Below the pieces are notes generated by a model that worked only from the letters and a program-made list of their open reading frames with translations, did no database searches and was not told the DNA's origin. From the NCBI GenBank assembly GCA_051294375.1, contig JBJCIZ010000215.1, positions 1 to 11,254 on the forward strand: a DNA stretch of 11,254 nucleotides, in the 5' to 3' direction. This stretch comes from Paraspadella gotoi. Taxonomy: Eukaryota; Animalia; Chaetognatha. Made by a program: the position numbers and the translations under genes. How positions within the stretch are numbered: position 1 is the stretch's first letter; the number at the start of each line of letters is the position of its first letter. Of the stretch, positions 1-9,589 are shown one piece after another.

Positions 1-3000
1 TTTCTTTTTACATTGGAAAAATCGTTTTCTGTTATTTTTAAAGTTTTCATATCTTTTTACAGAGAAAAAGTCGTTTCTGGTGTATTTAACGTTTTTATCT
101 ATTGAGAGTGAGAGAAAGCTACATAAAATTAAAGAGAAAAGAGAGAGAGAAGGAGACATAAAATAAAAGAGAGAAATTTGTTTGTTTTGATAAAAAGATA
201 TTTAATAACTGTCCTCACCCAATTTTAACAACCTCGATGATGTTTATTTGCAGAAGTATTTAACGTTTTTATTTCTTTTTTCTTTGAAATATCGTTTTCT
301 GGTGTTTTAAAAATTTTTTATCTCTTTTTACATTGGAAAAAGCGTTTTTGTTTGTTTTTTCAGTTGTTATTCTATTGGAAATATCGTCTGCCGGTGTATT
401 TAAACATTTTTATTACTTTTTACGTTAGAAAGTCCGTTTATCGGTGTTTTTTAACTCTTTTTACATTGGAATAAAACGTTTGCCGTTTTTTCTTTCAAAG
501 TTTTTATTTTTCTTTTCAACTTGGAAAAATCGTTTTCTGCTTATTTTTAACAGTTTCATATCTTATACACGAGAAAAAGTCGTTTTCTGGTGTATTTTAA
601 CTGTTTCTTATCTATTGAGCAGTGAGAGAAAGCTACATAAAATTAAAGAGAAAGCGAGAGAGAAGGAGACATAAAATAAAAGAAAGAAATTGTTTGTTTT
701 GATGAAAAAGATATTTAATAACTGTCCTCACCCAATTTAACAACCTCGATGATGTTATTGCAGAAGTATTTAACGTTTTTTATTTCTTTTTTTCTGTTGA
801 AAATATCGTTTTCCCGGTGTTTTAGAATTTTTTATCTCTTTTTAACATTGGAAAAGCGTTTTTCTTTGGTTTTTAAAAGTTGTTATCTCTTTGGAAATAT
901 CGTCTGCCGCTGTATTTAACGTTTTTATCACTTTTTTACTTTAGAAAAGTCGTTTATCGGTGTTTTTATTAATTTTTTTACATTGGAAAAAACGTTTGCC
1001 GTTTTTTTTAATGAAGTTTTATTTCTTTTTACATTGAAAAAAATCGTTTTCTGTTATTTTTAAAGTTTTCATATCTTTTTACAGAGAAAAAGTCGTTTTC
1101 TGGTGTATTCTAACGTTTTATCTTTGAGAGTGGAGAAAGCTACATAAAATTTCAAAGAGAAAAGAGAGAGAGAAAGGAGACAATAAAATAAAGAGAGGAA
1201 ATTTGTTTGTTTTGAATAAAAAGATATTTAATAACTGTCGCTCACCAATTTTAACAAACCTCGATGATGTTATTTGCAGAAGTATTTAAGTGCGTGTTAT
1301 TTATTTGCTCTTGAATATGTTTTCCAGGTGTAGAAATGTCGTTGTTGATCTGTTGAGATTTTTTACATCTCTTGTGGTACACTTAGGAAGCGTATTTTCT
1401 TGTGTTTTTAAAGTTGGTATCATCTTATGGAATATCGTACTGAGCCGCTGATTTAAGATTTTAGTCACTTTTTACTTTTAGAAAGTTAGTTGTATCGGTG
1501 TTATTTTTAGTATTTTTTGAACATTGTGAACAAGACGTTGCCCGAGTGTTTTTCTTGTATAAGTTTTTATTTCTTTTTACATTGAGAAAAAATCGTTTTT
1601 CTGTTATTTTTAAAGTTTTCATATCTTTTTACAGAGAAAAGTCGTTTTCTGGTGTATTTAACGTTTTTATCTTAATTGAGAGTAAGAGAAAGCTAACATA
1701 AAATTAAAGAGAAAGAGAAGAGAGAAGGAGACATAAAAATAAAAGAAGGAAATTTGTTTGTTTTGATAAAAAGAATAATTTATAACTGTCCTCAACCCAA
1801 TTTTAACAACCTCGATGATGTTATTTGCAAAGTATTTACGTCTTTTTATTTGCTTGTTTTCTTTGAAAATATCGTTTTCCGGTGTTTTAGAAATTTTTAA
1901 TCTCTTTTTACATTGAAAAAGCGTTTTTTCTTGTTTTTGAAGTTGTTATCTTCTTTGGAAATTCGTCTGCCGGTGTATTTTAACGTTTTTATTACTTTTT
2001 ACTTAGAAAAGGTCGTTTATCGGTGTTTTTAACTTTTTTTACATTGGAAAAAACGTTTGCCTTTTTTTTTTTAAAAAGTTTTATTTCTTTTTTACATTGA
2101 AAATAATCGTTTTCCTGTTATTTTTAAGTTTCATGATCTTTTCTAGCGAGAAAAAGTCGTTTTCTGGTGTATTTAACGTTTTTTATCTAATTGAGAGTGA
2201 GAAGAACGCTACATAGAAATTAAAGAGAAATAGAGAGAGAGAAGGAGACATAAAAGATAAAGAGAGTGAAATTTGGTTTGTTTTGATAAAAAGATATTTA
2301 ATAACATCCCACCCAATTTTAACAACCCTCGATGATGTTAATTGGCAGAAGTATTTAACGTTTTTATGTCTCTTTTTCTTTAAAATATCGTTTTTTCCGG
2401 TGTTTTGAACTTTTTTTTTTACATGAAAAGCGTTTTTCTATTGTTTTTAAAGTTGTTATCTCTTTGGAAATATCGTCTGCCGCTGTATTTAACGTTTTTA
2501 TCACTTTTTTACTTTAGAAAACGTCGTTTATCAGTGTTTTTTAATCTTTTTACATTGGAAAAAAACGTTTGCCGTTTTTTTTTTAAGTTTTATTTCTTTT
2601 TACATTGAAAAAATCGTTTCTGTTATTTTTAAAGTTTTCATATCTTTTTGACAGAGAAAAAGGTCGTTTTCTGGTGTATTTAACGTTTTTATAGTTTTGA
2701 GAGTGGAGAGAAAGCTACATAAAATTAAAGAGAAGAGAGAGAGAAGGAGACATAAAAATAAAGAGAGGAAATTTGTTTGTTTGATAAAAAGATATTTAAT
2801 AACTGTCCTCTACCCAATTTTAACAACCTCGATGATGTTATTTGCAGAAGTATTTAACGTTTTTTATTTCTTTTTTTCTTTGAAAATATCGTTTTTCCCG
2901 GTGTTTTAGAATTTTTTATCTCTTTTTTACATTGGAAGAGCGTTTTTCTTTGTTTTTAAAGTTGTTATCTCGTCTTGGAGAAATAATCGTCCGCCGGTCG

Positions 3001-6000
3001 TATTTATACGTTTTTATCACTTTTTACTTTAGAAAAGCGTTTATCGTGTTTTTTAACTTCTTTTTACATTGGAAAAAACGTTTGCCGTTTTTTTTAAGTT
3101 TTTATTTCTTTTTAATTAGAAAAAATCGTTTTTTCTGTTTATTTTAAAGTTTTATATCTTTTTACAGAGAAAAAGTCGTTTTCTTGGTGTATTTAACGTT
3201 TTGTATCTTTTGAGAGTGACGAGAAAGCTACATAAAATATAAAAGAGAAAAAGAGAGAGAAGGAGACATAAAAAATAAAAGAGAGGAAATTTGTTTTGTT
3301 TGATAAAAAGATATTTAATAACTGTCGCTCACCCCAATTTTTAACAACCTCGATGATGTTATTTGGCAGAAGTATTTAACGTTTTTATTCTCTTTTTCTT
3401 TGAAAATATCGTTTTCCGGGTTTTAGAAATTTTTTATCTCTTTTTACATTGGAAAAGCGTTTTTCTTTGTTTTTAAAAGTTGTTATCTCTTTGGAAATTC
3501 GTCTGCCGGTGTATTTAACTTTTTATTACTTTTTTACTTTAGAAAGTCGTTTAATACGGTGTTTTTTAAACTCTTTTTTACATTGGAAAAAAACGTTGCC
3601 GTTTTTTTTTTAAGTTTTTTTTTCTTTTTACATTGAAAAAATCGTTTTCTGTTATTTTTAAAGTTTTCATATCTTTTTTACAGAGAAAAAGCGTTTTCTG
3701 TGTGTATTTAAGTTTTATCTAGTTAAGAAGTGAGAGAAAGCTACATAAAATTAAAGAGAAAAGAGAGAGAGAAGGAGAACATAAAAATAAAAGAAAGGAA
3801 TTTGTTTGTTTTGATAAAAAGATATTTAATAACTGTCCTCAACCCAATTTTAACAACCTCCGATGATGTTATTTGCAGAAGTATTTAACGTTTTTATTCT
3901 TTTTTCTTTAGAAAATATCGTTTTTCCGGTGTTTAGAAATTTTATCTCTTTTTACATTGGAAAAAGCGTTTTTCTTATGTTTTTAGAAGTTGTTATCCTC
4001 TTTGGAAATATCGTTGCCGCTGTATTATACGTTTTTATCACTTTTTACTTTAGAAAAGTCGTTTATCGGTGTTTTTTATATCTTTTTTACATTGGCAAAA
4101 ACGTTTGCCGTTTTTTTAAAAGTTTTTATTTCTTTTTACATATGAAAAAAATCGTTTTCTGTTTATTTTAAAGTTTTCAGTATCTTTTTAGCAGAGAAAA
4201 AGTGTTTTCTGGGTGCTATTTAACGTTTTATCTATGAGAGTGAGAGAAAGCTACATAAATTAAAGAGAAAGAGAGAGAAGAATGGAGACAATTAAAAATA
4301 AAAGAGAGGAAATTTGTTTGTTTTTGATAAAAGATATTTAATAACTGTCCTCACCACATTTTAAACAAACTCGATGATGTTATTTGCAGAAGTTTAAACG
4401 TTTTTATTTCTTTTTTCTTTAAATATATCGTTTTCTCCGGTGTTTTAGAAATTTTTATCTCTTTTTACATTGGCAAAAAGCGTTTTTTTTGTTTTTAAGT
4501 TGTTATCTCTTTGGAATATCGTCTGCCGGTGTATTTAACGTTTTATTACTTTTTTACTTTAGAAAGTCGTTTATCGGTGTTTTTTAACTCTTTTTACATT
4601 GGAAAAAACGTTTGCCCGTTTTTTTAATTTAAAGTTTTTATTCTTTTACTTGGAAAAAATCGTTTTCTGTTATGTTTTAAAGTTTTCATATATTTTTTTA
4701 ACAGAGATAAACAGTCTTTTTTTCTGGTGTATTTAACGTTTTTAATCTATTGAGAGTGAGAGAAAGCTACATAAATTAAAGAGAAAAGGAAGAGAGAAGG
4801 AGACATAAAAATAAAAGAGAGGAAATTTGTTTGTTTTGATAAAAGATAATTTAATAACTGTCCTCACCCAATTGTTCTAACAACCTCGATGATTTATTTG
4901 CAGAAGTATTTAAACGTTTTTAATTTCTTTTTTCTTTGAAAATTATCGTTTCCGGTTTTAAAATTTTTTATCTCTTTTTACATTGGAAAAAGGCTTTTTT
5001 CTTTGTTTTTAAAGTTGTTAATCTCTTTGGAAATATCGTCTGTTTTCCGCTGTATTTAACGTTTTTATACTTTTGTACTTTAGAAAAGTCGTTTATGGTG
5101 TTTTATTTTAATCTCTTTTACATTGGAAAAAACGTTTGCCTTTTTTTTTAAAGTTTTTATTTCCTTTTTACATTGAAAAAAATCGTTTTCTGTATTTTTT
5201 TAAAGTTTCATATCTTTTTAGCGAGAAAAAGTCGTTTTCTGGTGTATTTAACGTTTTTATCTATTGAGAGTGGAGAAAAGCTTAACATAAATATTAAAGA
5301 GAAAAGAGAGAGAGAAGGAGACATAAAATAAAGAGAGGAAATTTGTTTGTTTTGAGATAAAAAGATAATTTAATAACTGTCCTCACCAATTTTAATCACC
5401 TCGAACTGATGTTATTTGCAGAAGTATTTAACGATTTTTTATTTCTTTTTTCTTTGAAAATATCGTTTTCTCGCCGTGTTTTAGAAATTTTTTATCTCTT
5501 TTTACATTGAAAAAGCGTTTTTCTTTGTTTGTTAAAAGTTGTTATCCTCTTTGGAAATATCGTCTGCAGCTGTATTTAACGTTTTAGTCACTTTTTACTT
5601 TAGAAAAGTCGTTTATCAGTGGTTTTTTTTTTATATTTTTTCATTAAAAAGACGTTTGCCGTTTTTTTTTAAAGATTTCTTATTTCTTTTTACATTGAAA
5701 AAAATCGTTTTCTGTTATTTTTAAAGTTTCATATCTTTTTTACAGAGAAACAAGTCGTTTTCTGGTGTATTTGAACGTTTTTATTTGTGTTAGGTGAGAG
5801 AAAGCTACATAAAATTAAAGAAGAAAAGAGAGAGAGAAGGAGACATAAAAATAAAAGAGAGGAAATTTGATTTGTTTTAATAAAAAGATATTTAACTAAC
5901 TGTCCTCACCCAATTTTAACAACCTCGATTGATGTTATTTGCAGAAGTTATTTAACGTTTTTATTTCATTTTTTTTTGAAAATATCGTTTTCCGGTGTTT

Positions 6001-6921
6001 TAGAAATTTATTTTATCTCTTTCTTCATTGGAAGACAAGCGTTTTTTCTTTGTTTTTAAAAGTTGTTATCTCTTTGAAATGTCGTCTGCCGGTGTATTTA
6101 ACGTTTTTATTACTTTTTACTTAGAAAAGTCGTTTATTGGTGTTTTTTACTCTTTTTACATTGGAAAAGAACGTCTTTCGGCGTGTTTTTTTAAAGTGTT
6201 CTCAGCTTTGACATTGGCGAATAATATGTTCTTTTATTGCTGGTACGCGAGTGAGGTTTATGAAGTCGGTTGAGTCGTGTGGTCACTTGCGGTGTTGTTT
6301 ATATCCTATTGGGTGCGGACGAGACTAGCGTAGATTTGAAAATGAGAAAGTCGACATTGAAATAGGAGGTGAAGGATTAGCTTTGTGAGGTATGAACTGA
6401 TGCATTACACCGGTAATTATCGAAGCTGGTAAGTAATTTTTTTCTTGTGGGAAACATACGTGATTTTATCCTTATGGGAATTTTTTTGTTTTAAAGGTTA
6501 CTGGAATATCGTCCGGTTTTACGTTATATTTAAGAAAGTGTATGTGTTTTAAACTCGGGTTACATGGAAAAGTTCCCTTTTTAAAGTTTTATCTACAGAA
6601 AATCGTTTTTCGTTTTAGTTTCATTGGAAAATGTTTCTGGTGATTTGTTATTTTGAGATAAGCCCAAAATAAAAAGGAGAAAGAGAATAAATAAGGGATT
6701 TGGTTGATAATATTTAAACTGTCCTCACACCAATTTTAACAACCTCGATGATGTTATTTGCAGAAGTATTTAACGTTTTTATGTTCTTTTTTTCTTTAAA
6801 ATATCGTTTTTTCCGGTGTTTTAAGAACTATTGTTTATCTCTTTTTACATTGGGAAAAAGCGTTTTTCTTTGTTTTTAAGTTGTTATCTCTTTGGAAATA
6901 TCGTCTGCCGCTGTATTTAAC
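1..6921. repeat. Tandem satellite DNA array, ~515-bp monomer, about 14 copies, open at the left window edge
   Basis: The anchor CCTCGATGATGTTATTTGCAGAAG (with small variants) recurs at about 232, 744, 1259, 1810, 2327, 2827, 3348, 3857, 4369, 4884, 5399, 5923 and 6743. Spacings are 500-551 bp, apart from one 820-bp interval that spans a garbled stretch. The array stops abruptly mid-monomer at ...GCCGCTGTATTTAAC (6921). Confidence 0.97.
6190..6715. other. Garbled and compressed satellite copies, probably low-quality long-read sequence
   Basis: Monomer landmarks appear in the right order but heavily deleted (GGAATATCGTCCGG ~6503, TACATGGAAAA ~6561, AAAATCGTTTT ~6599, TTTCTGGTG ~6634, AAACTGTCCTCAC ~6716). 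One monomer shrinks to roughly 320 bp before clean copies resume. Confidence 0.7.
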
Positions 6922-7270
6922 TAGCGAGGATACAAGATTTGTATTTAAATATTTTTTCGTACAAATTTGGTACCCCGAACGATAGGGAATTCTTTTCGAG
7001 CGCTTCATGCAAAAAATCAGCAAAATCGTCCAGGCATTCAAAGTTGTAGCCCAAAACGTCACCCCAAAAATCGCTTCCTCGCGTAATCAAGTCGCCCTAT
7101 GTTAAGGATTTCGATTTTGGTTCCATAAGGATTTGTACTACGAGCACGGTACGAGAAGAATGCTCGATTCCGGGCCCAAGACTCAATAAAGAAATCGTGT
7201 TTAGAAAATCGAAGCTCGACGAATCGGGGAAAAAGCTCATGAACATTTGTAACAAGTTTGAGCAAAGAAT
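6922..7270. mobile_element. Non-autonomous DNA-transposon relic with nested imperfect inverted repeats (family unassigned)
   Basis: CpG-rich block with inverted pairs GCGAGGA 6924-6930 / TCCTCGC 7076-7082, GTACAAAT 6959-6966 / ATTTGTAC 7131-7138, ATTCTTTTCG 6989-6998 / CGAGAAGAAT 7152-7161 (9/10) and CCAAAAATCG 7064-7073 / CGATTTTGG 7112-7120. No transposase, TIR pair or TSD was identified, and the right boundary is approximate. Confidence 0.5.
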
Positions 7271-7487
7271 GCCGGATCTGCCCATGATCATTAGCGATAA
7301 GCAGCTGATCAGATAATTAATAAATTAATATTAATTTTTTTTCCCCATCAAAATTGTTTTCCACTTTGTCTCGCCTCTTAATCACAAAGCAATCTCGATC
7401 ACAAAATTAATTAATAATTCATTAATTACCAATTTATTAATAAATAATTAATGCAGCTTAAAAAAAATAGTGAAAAAGATTTTTTTG

Positions 7488-7745
7488 TTTTTTCCATTTT
7501 AACTCATTTCTACTTGGACGATTCCATTTAAACTTGATTTCTGGCTCAATCATTCTATTCCATCCATCTAATTATAAATAAAAATAAGACATTTTGGGTA
7601 AATGTAACTCGTTTTTTTCATTTTAATTAATATCCACTTGGACGATTCTATCGAAACTTGATTTCCTGCTAAATCACACACTTTTCTACCCACATAAAAA
7701 TTTCAAGTCAATCGCCCCATACAATCATGAGTAATTGCTAAAAAT
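7488..7745. repeat. Diverged direct repeat with a 124-bp period, likely the internal repeats of an old non-autonomous element
   Basis: CATTTTAA..ACTTGGACGATTC.AT..AAACTTGATTTC..GCT.AATCA occurs twice (ACTTGGACG at 7512 and 7636). The second copy is followed by AAATTTCAAGTCAATCG, a loose inverted partner of CGATT..AAACTTGATTT. Confidence 0.65.
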
Positions 7746-7987
7746 AAATATTTCTACAACTTTATTATTGTTCATTTATCACTTTTATTGCTTAATATTT
7801 ATTTTTATTATAATTTTTAAGGCAAAAGGTCAAATCTTATCATAAATAAAAACAAAATACGCAATCAAAATTATTTACTTTTTAAGTAATTAATATATAA
7901 TTAATCAAATTAAGCCAGGGACTTAGTTCCTTGTTACAGGGTTTTAAAGCAGGTTTGTTTTAAGAACGTGAATGATTTTAAGTACAG

Positions 7988-8880
7988 ATTATGCGGTTCC
8001 AAGAGAACAAGACGGATAAAAATTTTTAAAAATAATACACTGATGACCATACTCTTTCCATCGACTAATAAATGTTAACATACTGTGGACAATTGATTGA
8101 CATGGTAAGCAGATTCCTATGAATGTACTCGTACAAATGTACTAGTTTTATTTAAAATAAAAGACATTATTTGTATTTAAGTTATATTAAAATTTAAACA
8201 CCAATTGTTTCATTTTTCAACAATAATTATTATCAAATAAAAGTTAACATATGAGATTACATGTATTAAGACAATTATTTTGATCCATTTAACAGATCAT
8301 CTTCTGGATTAAATAAACAAAGTAAGTCAAAGGAGAAGAAAGAGAGAGAGAGAGCGCGCAAAATCAGTGATTAATACAACATTAATAAAATATTATTATA
8401 AACTTACAAAGGGGAAAATAATATGTAAAAAAAGGCAATCTGAAACTGCAACCACGATGATTACGTTCAGCTAACAGGACTGCCTATTGATTCTGATAAA
8501 TAAAAAGTAACATCAAAATCACTTTTTAAAATATTTACGGCGATTTAAAATCTTTAACAGATTGAAAAAGTTAATCCTGAAGTATTTGAAGACTCGCTGA
8601 CCGCCTTTGTTCCTGCCCTCGTCCTAAGTGCCGCTGGATGCCCGTAAATGCAAAGCTTCCCTTCATTGTCGATCATCAAGCCTTTATTTTATTAAAAATA
8701 ATATTTAAACAGTAGCAAAAAAATTATCAGTATTAATTATAACCTAGACGAATTCAAACTTAATTCTAAAATTAAACAAATGAAGTATCTTAAAATAGCA
8801 GTATTTTGTTATATATTTTCAATGTATTAAATTGCTTATAATGAAAACATACCTGTAACAGTGTTCTTCAGCAGGCTGCA
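7988..8880 (+). pseudogene. Possible decayed multi-exon gene, perhaps a transposon accessory ORF
   Basis: Series of + strand splice-like sites: acceptor TACAG 7987 with donor GTAAGC 8105; acceptor TTTAACAG 8295 with donor GTAAGT 8322 (26-nt exon); a 54-nt GT..TTTAACAG intron 8507-8560 that joins, in phase 0, NCNHDDYVQLTGLPIDSDK*K to IEKVNPEVFEDSLTAFVPALVLSAAGCP*. In-frame stops are present, so no intact CDS can be built. Confidence 0.3.
8341..8354. repeat. (AG)7 microsatellite
   Basis: AGAGAGAGAGAGAG read directly. Confidence 0.85.
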
Positions 8881-8902
8881 CAGTGCACACGTCATTGAAG
8901 GA

Positions 8903-8951
8903 TTTTGAAGAGCACAAAACTTATTTTTTGAAGAGCACAAAAATTATTTTT
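8903..8951. repeat. 23-bp tandem duplication, 2 copies
   Basis: GAAGAGCACAAAA(C/A)TTATTTTT starts at 8907 and 8930, with one mismatch. Confidence 0.9.
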
Positions 8952-9121
8952 CAAATGTTGCTTAAATAAAAAATCTGAACTTCAAATGAGAAAAGAATTT
9001 CAAATCATTAAAAAATATATGAACCAGCAATTCAATTCAATTTTTTCAAAGTAGGTAAAGCGATCCCAATTAGAAAAGATTGTTACCGTTACTAAAAGCA
9101 TTGTACGGCGATCCTGGATTA

Positions 9122-9149
9122 GTATACTAGTAGTTTACTATTAGTATAC
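9122..9149. repeat. 28-bp near-perfect palindrome
   Basis: GTATACTAGTAGT-TT-ACTATTAGTATAC: 13-bp arms with one G/T mismatch. Confidence 0.85.
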
Positions 9150-9534
9150 ACTTAGGAGGCTTATGGGAAAATGAAAAGAAAAAAAAACAAAAAACAAAAA
9201 TCCGTTTCTTTATGGAAAAGAAAATTAGGACCATAACAATGATTTTAAAAACGCTGAATTTATCGGATAAGCCATGTACTAAGCGTAACAGATTAAAAAT
9301 TAACAGAATACCACTATAAATATTGTTAATAAAACTATTAAATTTATTGAATGATAACTATGATAATAATTTTTTAAGGTTTTTTAAATTTTAACCCATT
9401 TATCATTAAATTTGTAAAAATTTGTAATATTAACCTTTATCTAACTTTTGAATCTTTATCAGAATCCATTTTGAAAAATTTAAATTTTGAAACAATTATT
9501 TAAAAAATTAAAGGAGCACTTTTTTCTCGTACAA

Positions 9535-9544
9535 NNNNNNNNNN
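9535..9544. other. Assembly gap (10 N)
   Basis: Run of N. Confidence 1.
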
Positions 9545-9589
9545 ATTATCATCAAATAATCACGAGCGACGAAAGTAAAATTACAGAGT

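Noticed and set aside
444-6273. Ten F/L/K-rich + strand ORFs of 61-102 aa
   Set aside because: All are translations of the T-rich satellite. Frames differ between copies because of homopolymer indels and most rely on TTG/GTG starts.
1-6921. CRISPR-like or iteron reading of the ~48-bp subrepeats
   Set aside because: There are no unique spacers since the whole 515-bp unit repeats, no cas or rep genes, and the context is eukaryotic.
6835-7291. Three overlapping minus-strand ORFs of 64-75 aa
   Set aside because: They lie in a palindromic repeat relic, one runs into the satellite, and none shows a recognisable domain.
8554-8895. Phase-compatible two-exon minus-strand ORF (8895-8853 + 8681-8554, 56 aa, MTCALCSLLKNTVTGLMIDNEGK...)
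   Set aside because: The donor CAG|GTATG is good, but the acceptor lacks a pyrimidine tract, the product is unrecognisable and it is antisense to the better-supported + strand exon.
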